From Welwitschia mirabilis (lineage: Eukaryota): a DNA stretch of 37,096 nucleotides. A program made the translations under genes and the position numbers. The first letter of the stretch is position 1, and every line of letters starts with the position of its first letter. The stretch is taken from contig JBOZIK010000001.1 of NCBI GenBank assembly GCA_051453625.1, forward strand, positions 39,100,452-39,137,547, read 5' to 3'. The notes under the pieces are model-generated. The model saw only the letters and a program-made list of their open reading frames with translations. It made no database searches and was not told the DNA's origin. Positions 1 through 12,540 of the stretch are shown here, one piece after another.

Positions 1-365
1 TTTAAAATACCATTGTTTAATGTCTCTTACATCCTTATTCACAACCTATATAAATACTGCTATCTTTAAAATCCTAGTTTCACATCATGCATAGATAACA
101 TGCCATCTAAGAAGTGATTTTGGTGTACTTGATATTTTAATTCAAATTTATTACCATGTCCACATACTACGTGGTTGATGTTGTGAGTTTCATATACTTA
201 TTTTTACAATTTATCTAGCACCATAAAAATAACTAGTGAAATACATGAATTAGAAAAAGAAGACATATAAGTTGTAAGAAGGGATTGTACCTACTAAATG
301 GCCTTAAAACACTAGATGAAGGATACAAATGTACTTAGCAAATAAATAGAAATAATGTTACTCTT

Positions 366-605
366 TTGGAAGACCTTCAACCTAGATTATTTCCTTTACA
401 AAAGATTTATCATTTGATTCTCATATTGTATGATTGCATCCATGACTGTTGTAAATAAAATATGTCAAATTCCATATTATGTGGATGCGTCTTGATAGTG
501 TTACCAACCTATTTTCTACTTTGATAAGTTATAATTGACAAATGGATGTTTACAAAGCACTGTATTCGCTAATAATATTCCTTTACTATACACCTATTAT
601 TTCAT
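366..605 (+). mobile_element. Possible highly decayed Ty3/Gypsy pol fragment (pre-RT / RT N-terminus)
   Basis: LEDLQPRLFPLQKIYHLILIL resembles Gypsy 'PEDLPPGLPPxRxIxHxIxL'. Downstream MFTKHCIR...YYTPII resembles 'MLxKGxIRPSxSPYxxPI'. Frameshifts are needed. Confidence 0.3.
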
Positions 606-1459
606 GGACTTTTTCCTCTTTTAAAGAATTCTCATCAATGCACCTCAAAATTCTTAGATTTTGATGATGCATTTTGATCAAATATATAAATTTTCTTTTA
701 ACATAGGATGTTGAAGAATAAATTTTCAAGTTTTAATTTCATGTCATATGACTTTTTGAAGTGAGAAATCCTTTTTAGCTTCATCATTTTCTCAATAATA
801 AGGCTCATTAGTTTATATATGATCTCAAACACCCTTTTCTCTATTTACTTCTTTTTACCCTTATCATACGCATTTTCATAAGGAGATAGATATGGGAGTG
901 TTTCTCAGTTCTTCATACTTTCCTTAACACTTTCTTGATTTTGAAACCGATTATAAATTGAATCATGAAAGTGTATTTGATCTCTGATTCCTTCAATAAT
1001 TTTCTTTCGTACTCTTTCTTTTACCATTCCTCTATTTTTGTTATTACCAAAGATGAATTCCCAAAACATTAACTCAATAAATTGATTACCATTTAACAAC
1101 CTAAGGTACTAAGGATACTTCTTAAGAATCAATTCCCTAACATCTTCTAAAAATCCAAATTATTTAGCTACCAAATGAAGTATATGTATCTCTATCTTCT
1201 TGCTTATTAACATTATTAAGAGTTTCTTCAATGTTTAAATAACAACAAAGTCATACTCCCTAATCATTCTCTGCTCCTCCACCATTAAATCCAAAGATAT
1301 TTTTATCAATCTATAGAAAATAAGCATTCTTCATAGGATTTTTGAATACTTCAAAAACATGAGGATATTTTTTTTTAATAAGAAAAGAGAATAAACCATT
1401 AATGATGAAGGATTTGCTAAATGATTTCTCTCTATTTAATGAAATAAAACTAGAAATGG

Positions 1460-1555
1460 AAAATTCTCTGGTTTGAACATGCATTACTCTTCTCATACGC
1501 TTAGATCTCTTGTAATGGCCTAGAAGTTTATAATTACTTGGATGTATTTTGGTAT
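1460..1555 (-). pseudogene. Cytochrome P450 gene fragment (K-helix-to-PERF region), pseudogenised
   Basis: Minus-strand translation IPKYIQVIINF*AITRDLSV*EE*CMFKPENF matches plant CYP consensus IPKGTQVxVNxWAIxRDPSVWEEPxxFKPERF. Two of the stops sit at the conserved Trp positions. Confidence 0.6.
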
Positions 1556-2460
1556 TGTTTTCTTCATCTCTCTAGTTTCTTTTCTATATTTATTCTATTG
1601 AAAATACTATTACAACCTCAAGATCATCATTTAAGATTGCACTATGTGATGTGAGAACCTCTAGATTTGTCAATGGATATTTTGAATCCCACTCAATTGC
1701 AGATGTGGAAGCCACTATTTATCCTACCTTTCCCTTGCTAATACCAATGCTATCTCTTGGTTATTTTTTGTCTACCTATCTATATTTAATTTTTCTGGTC
1801 TAATTTCTTCTTTGTACCCAATGTTTTAACTAAAATTTGGTTTTCTATGATTCATTTTCATCTTTTCAAATGGATTCTCTATGGTGTTACTACTATGCCT
1901 CTAAATGTTGCCTTCAAGAAACACACTTTAACATAATTGCATACATCCTAGTGCAACGAATATTATAACAGCCTAGGCTATTATAGGTTTAAAGGAGTTT
2001 CAAAGTAGAAGTTGAAAGGATTCTAAGCAAAAATGCTAATAGTGGGAGTCAAGGAAGGTAGTAGTGCTGATATTTTAAGTTAAAATGGCTTAAAAAATGA
2101 AGTTACATTTATGGCTATACAAAATATTTCATGTTATGGGATACAAAAAATGTTAGCAAAAAATGAAAACAGCCATACCTTGAAAAATAGAACCTACAAA
2201 AATAAATGTTAAACATTTTCATTTTAAAAATTTTATTAGAAAAAGTAGAATAGAAGCTAAAACAATTTATACAAAAATTTGTGAAAATTGGAAAACATAA
2301 AACACATAATTTTGGAACTTAATTCTATGTTTTTACCTTTTTGTAATCTTGGTTTTGATTATAACCTATAGAAAAATTATTATATTTGCAATATAAAATA
2401 TCATAAATGAATATGATTTTCAATGTTAAAACAAAAAACTAAACAAAACTTAAAATTGGG

Positions 2461-2583
2461 CCAGTTTAGATTTCACTAGAAAAAGACCAGTACCCATTAC
2501 TAAAAATAAAATAAAATAAAATAAAATAAATAATCAAAATAAAAAAAAGGACCAGTTTCGGTATCACTAGAAATAGACTAGTA
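2461..2583. repeat. Two ~32-bp direct repeats flanking a (TAAAA)n tract
   Basis: ccagtttagatttcactagaaaaagaccagta (2461-2492) vs ccagtttcggtatcactagaaatagactagta (2552-2583), with a (TAAAA)n run between them. Confidence 0.6.
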
Positions 2584-3204
2584 ATAAACACGAGAAAAAT
2601 AAAAGCTAATTAAAAAATTACAAGAAGAAAAATTATGCACGTTTAAAAAGATATGATGCTAATATCCTAGATAACAGCACTAAAAATGTATTTGCTATGA
2701 AATAATGTTATTCATTATAGTAAAAAAAATATAAACATCAAACAAACTAGTAAGAACTCAATATCATTATTCCACAAGATATTTGTAACAAAAGATTCAA
2801 AATTAATACAATAATCCAATCCTATAATAAAATCAAATAAAATGTGAAATCAAATATTTTGAGATATTTTTGGTGAACTTTAGCTCATTAGGTAGGGAAA
2901 TAAACATGCTCTAGAAATCTAGGCTATCCTATTCAATAACCCATCTTCACTCTAATAATTTCCTATAATTCACAAAACATAAGCTTTAAATTATGACATC
3001 GTGTTGGTTTGGGCATGATGACATAACCTTATTCACCATTTGAGTATTGCTAAATTCAATAGTTACCTTAGTCCTTTGTATACCTTTATGAATATACAAA
3101 GTAAGTACATTTGTCCTTAAGATTTATAACATAATAATGACTATAATTAAAAAGCTAACTTTAGAGAATTCACTTGGTATAGAAGATCTTGATGATGTAC
3201 TCTT

Positions 3205-3341
3205 ACCTAAGGATTAATAGTAGAATGTTAATGTGCACTAGAAATCAAAAGTAAATAGCTACTATAATATTAATGATAAGATGAAAGAGTCTAACCTAAG
3301 GATTACTAGTACCATGTTAATATGCACTAGAAATAAAAGTA
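3205..3341. repeat. ~49-bp direct repeat, period 89
   Basis: acctaaggattaatagtagaatgttaatgtgcactagaaatcaaaagta (3205-3253) vs acctaaggattactagtaccatgttaatatgcactagaaataaaagta (3294-3341). Confidence 0.7.
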
Positions 3342-3399
3342 TGAATAAATATTTCTTGCATTAATTTAGAAAATATATTACATTACAAAATAAAGAATA

Positions 3400-4823
3400 A
3401 GGTAAAATTAACTCCTTAAACTAGATTTATAATAAGTTCACTTCCAAGGAAGGTGCTTAGAAAGCTATGTTGACTTGACGTTCTTAGTATTTCCACTATG
3501 TTTGTTTAACTAAATATGTTTATAAATGATGGCTTACGGCCTTTTTATAAAAGAAGGTAAGATTGAAGTGGTTTGGAGCCTTTATTTTGTAGTGGTAGAT
3601 GAGATGGATGAACTCCATCTTATAGCGTTAGGTAGAATCTTGATCATTTAGCACTAGGTAGATAAGATTCTACCTTGTAGCATTTGATGGAGATTATCAT
3701 GTAGNNNNNNNNNNNNNNNNNNNNNNNNNNNNNNNNNNNNNNNNNNNNNNNNNNNNNNNNNNNNNNNNNNNNNNNNNNNNNNNNNNNNNNNNNNNNNNNN
3801 NNNNNNNNNNNNNNNNNNNNNNNNNNNNNNNNNNNNNNNNNNNNNNNNNNNNNNNNNNNNNNNNNNNNNNNNNNNNNNNNNNNNNNNNNNNNNNNNNNNN
3901 NNNNNNNNNNNNNNNNNNNNNNNNNNNNNNNNNNNNNNNNNNNNNNNNNNNNNNNNNNNNNNNNNNNNNNNNNNNNNNNNNNNNNNNNNNNNNNNNNNNN
4001 NNNNNNNNNNNNNNNNNNNNNNNNNNNNNNNNNNNNNNNNNNNNNNNNNNNNNNNNNNNNNNNNNNNNNNNNNNNNNNNNNNNNNNNNNNNNNNNNNNNN
4101 NNNNNNNNNNNNNNNNNNNNNNNNNNNNNNNNNNNNNNNNNNNNNNNNNNNNNNNNNNNNNNNNNNNNNNNNNNNNNNNNNNNNNNNNNNNNNNNNNNNN
4201 NNNNNNNNNNNNNNNNNNNNNNNNNNNNNNNNNNNNNNNNNNNNNNNNNNNNNNNNNNNNNNNNNNNNNNNNNNNNNNNNNNNNNNNNNNNNNNNNNNNN
4301 NNNNNNNNNNNNNNNNNNNNNNNNNNNNNNNNNNNNNNNNNNNNNNNNNNNNNNNNNNNNNNNNNNNNNNNNNNNNNNNNNNNNNNNNNNNNNNNNNNNN
4401 NNNNNNNNNNNNNNNNNNNNCTTCTCTTATGACATTTGATGAAGGTTGTTCTGTAGCATTAGGTGAAATTTTTATTATGATAAGTTTAACATATTTTTTT
4501 TGAAGATGAATCCCTCTACCAATTATCATCACATGTCTCTAATGTCACCTTTATATGCCTTTGTCACATGTCTTTGAATGCTACTGCTATGTGTTACCCT
4601 TGCATCTTTTTATTTTCACCATTATTTTATCTGGAATTATGTTCATCTTCTACCTTATGTTCCAAAATATAGCTAAAAAACTACAATTATTATGAAGAAA
4701 ATTATAAAATTAAGTTTTCTTTTCAAAATAATAGAAGACATATTTTATTATTAAAATAATTAAATTAATGTCTTTATTTTTAATAAATTAGCCTAAAAAA
4801 CTTTCATTTTTTACATGTCAACA
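3400..4823 (-). mobile_element. Possible LTR remnant (left boundary uncertain, spans a gap)
   Basis: The minus strand begins TGTTGACATGTAAAAAATG at 4823, about where the integrase C-terminal motif stops, and has a TATAAA-type box near 3545. No second copy or TSD is seen. Confidence 0.3.
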
Positions 4824-5135
4824 ATATGCCATTTGGTAGCATCTATTTTATTATGTAGGGATATTTCCACTTAGAAACTAGTTTACCTGGGAACAAATAC
4901 AATCTTGAATTATAAAGCAAAACTGGTTCTAATTTTTTAATTACTTTGCTAAGGATGTTTTGATCATGTATTTTCATATGCATCATTTCTAATCTCATCT
5001 AGATCATTAAGTTAGAAAAATCTTTGTTTTCTTGTTATTTTAATATCCAACTTCATGATCTTGATGACTTAACACTCTTTATATTTAAGTTCCATGGGTA
5101 AATGATAAGATTTTTTATAGACCACCTAAAGTGAT
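4824..5135 (-). mobile_element. Athila-like Gypsy element A: integrase C-terminal (GPY/F) remnant
   Basis: VVYKKSYHLPMELKYKEC*VIKIMKLD...QRFF*LNDLDEIRNDAYEN...VLLYNSRLYLFPGKLVSKWKYPY matches Athila 'LVYGKxCHLPVELEHKAxWA...LNELEExRxxAYEN...VLLYNSRLxLFPGKLKSRWxGP'. Confidence 0.85.
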
Positions 5136-5139
5136 ACAT

Positions 5140-5668
5140 GTATAATGATGGTGGTCATTATTCTACTAATAAAACTACCACTAAAATTATTTAATCTCAT
5201 TTTCATTAACCATAATTTTTTAAGGATTGATACTTTCATTGTAAAATAGGCAAAAATTATCAAATACTTGATAGCCTTATATGAAGATACATGATGCCTT
5301 TGAATCCCATTCTTATTGTTGAACCTTTTAATATTTAAGGTATTAATTTTTAAGGCCTATATCATTTCTTAAATGGACATGAATATATTCTTGTCTATGT
5401 TGATTACACCACTAAGTGCGTAGAATCATGTGCTTGCAAGATTAATGAATCCTAAACTATAGTGAAGTTTTTTCAAGAAAATATTTTAACTACATCTAAT
5501 TGTCGTAAAATCTTGATTAGTAATGGTGATTCCAATAATATGTTTAATAAGTCTCTCATCAAATATGGAATTACGCATAAATTTACAAACCCTTATCACT
5601 TTAAACTAGTAGACAAGTTGAGGTTACTAATAAAGAGATCAAAAACATATTGTAGAAAGTGGTAAGCC
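5140..5668 (+). mobile_element. Athila-like integrase zinc-binding + catalytic core remnant, inverted relative to the flanking pol
   Basis: GGHYSTNKTTTKII*SHFH*P*FFKD and MPLNPILIVEPFNI*GINF*GLYHFLNGHEYILVYVDYTTKCVES...VKFFQENIL...ILISNG...YGITHKFTNPYH match rve-type integrase motifs. Confidence 0.85.
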
Positions 5669-5671
5669 TAA

Positions 5672-6058
5672 CATATTATAGAGTATCATGAGGAGCTCTT
5701 TTTTAATGATTGTGTAATTCAATTAAGTGTCACTCAATGTCTTATTTTCTTAATAAACCACGATTGCCTTTTATCTATTCTTTATTCTAACATAGCACTA
5801 ACTACATAATTACTAGTATTACATAATTTCAAAGGGTAACTTCTAGTCAGGTGGGTGGGTGGATGATGGATGTAATGGAAAATTTTCCTTTGCATTTATT
5901 AAAAGCTCATTGATACTCTTTGGTCCAATAAAAAGAGGAATCTTTACTTTGGGTATCATGGAAGGGATTGAAAATTTTGCTAAAATCTTTGATAAACCTC
6001 ATATAATAACCTACATGTTAAGAATAGAATCTAATGTATTCTTTCTTTTCTAGGATAG
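5672..6058 (-). mobile_element. Athila-like element A: RT connection + RNase H remnant
   Basis: HVGYYMRFIKDFSKI...KDSSFYWTKEYQ*AFNKCK...PPD*KLPFEIM, then NTSNYVVSAMLE*RIDK...KTLSDT*LNYTIIKKELL (DASDYAVGAVLGQR ... NYxTTEKELL motifs). Confidence 0.85.
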
Positions 6059-6958
6059 TGACAAGCCTATAATTTAACTAAAAATACTATAAAGCAGTTA
6101 ACTGGTTTTAATAAATACTTTTAAAAGACCATTACATTAACAAAATGCTAGAAAAACATATAACTAAATTACCATATCTACACATAGACTTTAATCATTA
6201 ATAATTTTTATATGGAAATTATGTTTCTTTCTGCTTTTAACTTAAATAAAGACTTTTCTTATTTCATCAGAACACATACTTTGTCAAGAATAGCTATTTT
6301 GGATAAAAAGGTATTATGATAGTTACTCTACTTATAAACAACAAATTACAGAATGTGGGAAAATAAAAGTAACTTAAACAAAGAAAACATAGCCAAATTA
6401 TGTATCCCAATTATTCTTAACTTATACATTATCTTAATATTAACTCTAGCTAATATCAATATCAAAAGCAAGAAAAATAGAGCATGCAACTTTTCTAAAT
6501 TATAGACTTCAGCAACACAAGATTATTTTAGAGTAATACATCTTGTATTACTTATTAAGAAAATATGATAATAAGCCACTTCCTTTGTTTCCATAATAGG
6601 TACAACAGCTTGGAAAGTTACTTTATAGTTCTTACAATGTAATCTCTTTACCTGATATGCGCTTTCCATCTCTTCTCTAAAACTTTCAAAATAACCCTTT
6701 TTTCTCCTCTATAATGGATATTTATAGGTGTGGTTGTAGTGAGTTTGTTATTTCTTCATTTATGCCACCTACCCAGTTGTTACAACCACTTTCCCTGTTT
6801 TTAGCATGGCCCCACCTAACTGACCTACATCACAAAGTTAGCTTATAATAACACATAACATATTATAATAATATCACAACATATTGCTAACATTTTAACA
6901 TATTCTTCATTAATTTGTAAGAACATAGAAAAAATTTACATCTATTTCTGACTCATCA
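6059..6958 (-). mobile_element. ~900-bp 3' LTR of Athila-like element B, inserted in the pol of element A
   Basis: The minus strand starts TGATGAGTC right after a PPT and ends ...GGCTTGTCA (TG...CA). Pol homology of element A resumes immediately afterwards. Confidence 0.65.
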
Positions 6959-6975
6959 GTTTCCCCCATACTTAG
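6959..6975 (-). other. Polypurine tract of element B
   Basis: Minus-strand CTAAGTATGGGGGAAAC directly before TGATGA resembles an Athila-type PPT (CTAAGTGTGGGGG). Confidence 0.65.
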
Positions 6976-7009
6976 AAATGGTTTAGTAATTTCTTTATTA
7001 ATTAAGTAA

Positions 7010-9505
7010 AATATTACTTAATAGTTTAGCAATTTTACTAAAATTACAATGAATCTTATATAATGCCCTGCATAACCCAAAAATAATCCTAGTTCTCTTA
7101 GTTTAGTTGGTGGAGTAATTTCTCTAATGATATTAATCTTTTACTCATCAGTTTCAATTCCTCTTACTGATATCCTATAGCCTAAAACAATCCCTTCAGC
7201 CATTATGAGATGAATTTTAGACTAGTTTAATTTTAAATTATTTTCTTCACAACATGTAAGTACCACTTCTAGTTTTTTCAAAGCTTTCCAAAATCATTTC
7301 CAAAGGTTAAGAAGTCATCCATGAAAACCTCAACTGGCTTTTCTATCATGTCTTGAAAAATACTATTTACTAACTATTGAAAAGTGGCTAGTGCATTACA
7401 TAACCCAAAATGTAAAACTTTAAAAGCATGTGTATTCCATTTGTAAGTAAAAGTAGTTTTTTCTTGGTCTTCAAGAGCTATGGGAATTTAGTTATACCTA
7501 CTGTATCCATCCAAGAAATTGTAGTATTTATAACAAAAAATTCTTTTTAAAACCTCATCCGTAAAGAAAAAAGGAAAAATGATCCTTATAAGTAGTAGCA
7601 CTTAGTAGCCTAAAATCTATGAATACTCTCCATTTATTATTCTTTTTAGAAACTACTGTCACAAGACTTACCCANNNNNNNNNNNNNNNNNNNNNNNNNN
7701 NNNNNNNNNNNNNNNNNNNNNNNNNNNNNNNNNNNNNNNNNNNNNNNNNNNNNNNNNNNNNNNNNNNNNNNNNNTTTTACTCATCAGTTTCAATTCCTCT
7801 TACTGATATCCTATAGCCTAAAACAATCCCTTTAACCATCATGAGATGACTTTTAGACTAGTTTAATTTTAAATTATTTTCTTCACAACATGTAAGTACT
7901 ACTTCTAGTTTTTTCAAAGCTTTCCAAAATCATTTCCAAAGGTTAATAAGTCATCCATGAAAACCTCAACTGGCTTTCCTATCATGTCTTGAAAAATACT
8001 ATTTACTAACTATTGAAAAGTGGCTAGTGCATTACATAACCCAAAATATAAAACTTTAAAAGCATATGTATTCCATTTATAAGTAAAAGTTGTTTTTGCT
8101 TGGTCTTCAAGAGCTATGGGAATTTAGTTATACCTACTGTATCCATCCAAGAAAATGTAGTACTTATAACCAAAAATTCTTTTTAAAACCTCATCCACAA
8201 AGAATAAAGGAAAAACGATCCTTATAAGTAGCAACAGTTAGTAGCCTAAAATCTACGAAAACTCTCCATTTATTATTCTTTTTAGAAAATACTGTCACAA
8301 GACTTACCCATTCTAAATAAAAAATAGGGTAGATGAATCCCAGTTTTAATAGCCTTAAAATTTTCTTCTTGATTACATCTTGCATATGAGAATTACATGT
8401 CCTTTTTAGTTGTCTCACACTTTACTGTGATATCTAAATAAATTTTATATTGACATATTGTATGGTTTACCACAATAATATCTTCATGAGTTCAAGTAAA
8501 TGTATTAGTCCATTTAGCTAATATCATTTTTAATTTTCTATATTAAGAATGAGTCAAATTTCCATTAATAATTAAAGATCTATTTTTTTGAATTTCAATG
8601 AATTCCAAACCTTGTTCAAGGTGCGTTTTCTCAAGTTCCTCCTCTTTTTCTATTAGTTCAATAGTCAAGGATTATCTTATTCTTTTAACCTCTCATTATT
8701 ATAATAAGTGTTGAGCTTATTTTACAAGGATAACATTNNNNNNNNNNNNNNNNNNNNNNNNNNNNNNNNNNNNNNNNNNNNNNNNNNNNNNNNNNNNNNN
8801 NNNNNNNNNNNNNNNNNNNNNNNNNNNNNNNNNNNNNNNNNNNNNNNNNNNNNNNNNNNNNNNNNNNNNNNNNNNNNNNNNNNNNNNNNNNNNNNNNNNN
8901 NNNNNNNNNNNNNNNNNNNNNNNNNNNNNNNNNNNNNNNNNNNNNNNNNNNNNNNNNNNNNNNNNNNNNNNNNNNNNNNNNNNNNNAATGAGTCAAATTT
9001 TCATTAATAATTAAAGATCTATTTTTTTGAATTTCAATGAATTCCAAACCTTCTTCAAGATGAGGTTTCTCAAGTTCCTCCTCTTTTTCTATTAGTTCTA
9101 TACTCAAGGATTATCCTCTTCTTTTAACCTCTCATTATTCTAATAATTGTTGAGCTTCTTTTGCAAGAATAACATTAGTACTATTTCCTTTATTAATAAA
9201 GGAGTGTTTAATTTCTACCTCATCAAATATTTTTATTTATGGCATTAGGTCTCTCAAACTAATATTCATTACTCCCTTATAAGAATAAATAGTTTCATTA
9301 GCTATTGCCATTCAAGTCTCCCTAGGATGATAGGGTGAGTATTNNNNNNNNNNNNNNNNNNNNNNNNNNNNNNNNNNNNNNNNNNNNNNNNNNNNNNNNN
9401 NNNGTATTCTTTATTATTTCCTTTGGCTTTACTATAGAGCCATTTTTCATGTAAACTCATCCATTATTATCTAATAGACATAATGGAACCTAGGATCAAA
9501 TTTTA
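7010..9505 (-). mobile_element. Athila-like element B: decayed protease-RT (RNase H and integrase deleted before the PPT)
   Basis: Protease: YMKNGSIVKPKEII and HPIILGR..AIANETI. RT: RQLKRTCNSHMQDVIKKKILRLLKLGFIYPI..EWVSLVTVFSKK..WRVFVDFR, catalytic EVFMDDF/L (two copies around a gap), EGIVLGYRISVRGI, LFLGYAGHYIRFI. Confidence 0.85.
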
Positions 9506-9550
9506 ATTAATCCTTTATTAGCATTTCTATATTCTTAAAAAAACAAATGA

Positions 9551-12540
9551 TATTAATATTATATGTTTACCTATAATTAATTTCTATATAATTTTGGTTT
9601 ACAAACAATAGTGATGTCATAAGTTCATGTCCTTTATTTCTTTTTAGTTTTCATTACATAAAAGATATCTTGTAAATAGTTAAGGAAATGTAAACTTATT
9701 GTCAACATACATGAATAACATTTAAGGATAATACCTAACTAATATAATAAGAGCTTGCAACTCCAATTAATGGCATTCCAACTTGATATCTAACTGCCCT
9801 CTAGACATGAGTTGGTTCTACTTTAAGTTCTAAACTATACGAACATGATTAGGCTTAACTTCATNNNNNNNNNNNNNNNNNNNNNNNNNNNNNNNNNNNN
9901 NNNNNNNNNNNNNNNNNNNNNNNNNNNNNNNNNNNNNNNNNNNNNNNNNNNNNNNNNNNNNNNNTATTAATATTATATGTTTACCTATAATTAATTTCTA
10001 TATAATTTTGATTTACAAACAATAGTGATGTCATAAGTTCATGTCCTTTATTTCTTTCTAGTTTTGATTACATAAAAGATATCTTGTAAATAGTTAAGGA
10101 AATGTAAACTTATTGTCAACATACATGGATAACGTTTAAGGATAATACCTAACTAATATAATAAGAGCTTGCAACTCCAATTAATGGCATTCCAACTTGA
10201 TATCTAACCGCTCTCTAGACATGAGTTGGTTCTACTTTAAGTTCTAAACTATACAAACATGATTGGGCTTAACTTCATAGGCTTTCACTTCACCTCAATA
10301 TACTTCAATATAGGTGGTAGGTGATACATGAGGTGGATGCATCCTTACAAATGATCCCCACTTCCTTGAAGCATTTCCATATGATGCAACATGATCCATC
10401 GATGTCAAGGGCTCAATAGGAACGTAGGGATTAAGTCCACTTCCATAAGGGTATTATAAAAATACTGCAATGCAACCCACCTTGATGATAAAATCCAAGT
10501 NNNNNNNNNNTATAATTATCTTAATTTAGTCCTATTTTATGAATATACCACACAAATGCATGTAAAAATTCTAACTAATTTGGATATTTAATGAATTATT
10601 TACCTAGTTATAATACTTCTAATCATCATTTGGTTCATTTTATAGAAACAATCATAAAAAGAAAAAAAGCATATAAGAACATTTCTATTTTCAAGATTAT
10701 AATAATAAAAATATAGATAAAGAAAATATTTTTTTTATTCTTTCAATAATAATAAAAATATTCAAAATGTATCATGTAACATTTTAATAATGTACTTAGA
10801 GANNNNNNNNNNNNNNNNNNNNNNNNNNNNNNNNNNNNNNNNNNNNNNNNNNNNNNNNNNNNNNNNNNNNNNNNNNNNNNNNNNNNNNNNNNNNNNNNNN
10901 NNTTTTTTCTTATTCTTTCAATAATAATAAAAATATTCAAAATGTATCATGTAACAATTTAATAATATACTTAGAGAAACTAAAACATACCTGGAGCTAT
11001 ATCAATGCTAGAAACATTCTTGCATGCTCATATGACAATCTCCATGGATTGGTGCAAAGAAGGTAAATAAAAGAAAGCATAGCTTAAGAATAATAATTAA
11101 GATATAAATCTTTATCTAATATTCATGTGCCTACATTATAAGTCAAATTAAAAAAATGATAAGCTAGAGACTACTTATGTTACTTAAACTACGAGGGTAA
11201 AAGCTCTTACAAGCATGCAAATTTAAAGTAAGCTAAAGGGTAAAAGAGGTATTTNNNNNNNNNNNNNNNNNNNNNNNNNNNNNNNNNNNNNNNNNNNNNN
11301 NNNNNNNNNNNNNNNNNNNNNNNNNNNNNNNNNNNNNNNNNNNNNNNNNNNNNNAAATAAAAGAAAGCATAGCTTAAGCATAATAATTAAGATATAAATC
11401 TTTATCTAATATTCATGTGCCTACATGATAAGTCAAATTAAAAAAATGATAAGCTAGAGACTACTTATGTTACTTAAACTACTAGGGTAAAAGATCTTAC
11501 AAGCATGCAAATTTAAAGTAAGCTAAAGGGTAAAAGAGGTATTTCTACAAATAGATACCACTCATCAGTAATTTAACTTAAATTTACTAATGAAAACATA
11601 TTTTATAAACTCAATTTCCCTAAAAAAANNNNNNNNNNNNNNNNNNNNNNNNNNNNNNNNNNNNNNNNNNNNNNNNNNNNNNNNNNNNNNNNNNNNNNNN
11701 NNNNNNNNNNNNNNNNNNNNNNNNNNNNNNNNNNNNNNNNAAACTAAATACATAGTAGGATTCTCAGAGTCTAACTTAAATTATCTTGGAATTATAAAAA
11801 TATTATTTCTAAGGTTATCATTTAAGGTTAAAAACTATTAAATTTTCAAAATTACAATCCTACTATACTACATTAAATGACCATAACTTTTAAAATACTT
11901 TGAGTGTTTAAATGATTCAAGATGTTTTGGAAAGAGTGATCAATTTTCTACAATTAGGATGCTCAAATTTGTAGATAAATTAACAAACAGGTACAAAAAT
12001 GTAAATTACTTACTTACTATTTTCTATCTTTATTTTCTAATGTATTTTAACAAATATTTTTTTAAAAACTAATTACCTATTAAAAAATTTATTTTTTTTA
12101 CCTACTAGTTAATAAGATATGATGTTTATCTTATGCCTCTATTCTAAAAATTTAATTTTTACCATAACAGAAATATGATAAAGGTTTTTCAGCTAGTTAA
12201 ATAATAACTTAGATCATTAAAATGATGGATATACTAATTAATTACTTATAAAATTGTAGAAAGGAAAATTATTATTTAAAAAAAATCAGATTAGTTAAAA
12301 AAAATCATTTACTATGAGAGGACTTGAATTCATGATCTATAGTTTAGCAGTCACTTTACTTAACCATTCATACTAGAACCAAATTCCCTTACACATCTCA
12401 AGAATATAAAAGTCATGGTAAAGTAAATCTACTCATTTATCGTCCTTAGTTCTAGATAAGAGTGCATGTACTTATTTAAATGCTCATTTATTTCAAAATG
12501 CATAAAATCTATCAATCACATAACATAAGAAAAAAATATT
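9551..12540. repeat. Old repeat block, copy 1 (collinear with 13760-16730)
   Basis: Three homologous segments in the same order: ~10140-10560 vs ~13810-14280, ~11840-12000 vs ~15260-15420, ~12405-12535 vs ~16617-16725. Roughly 70% identity by eye. Confidence 0.6.
12311..12376 (-). other. Decayed tRNA-like sequence (SINE head or tRNA pseudogene)
   Basis: Minus strand CTAGTATGAATGGTTAAG (A-box-like) ... CTGCTAA (anticodon-loop-like) ... GATCATGAATTCAAGTCC (B-box-like) at tRNA spacing. The stems are eroded. Confidence 0.45.

Noticed and set aside
905-1099. LNGNQFIELMFW as a continuation of the P450 (GxxFELxPFG)
   Set aside because: No GxRxC heme motif follows and the similarity is too weak.
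2880-2945. TAGCTCATTAGGTAG A-box-like motif (tRNA/SINE)
   Set aside because: No convincing B-box or cloverleaf.
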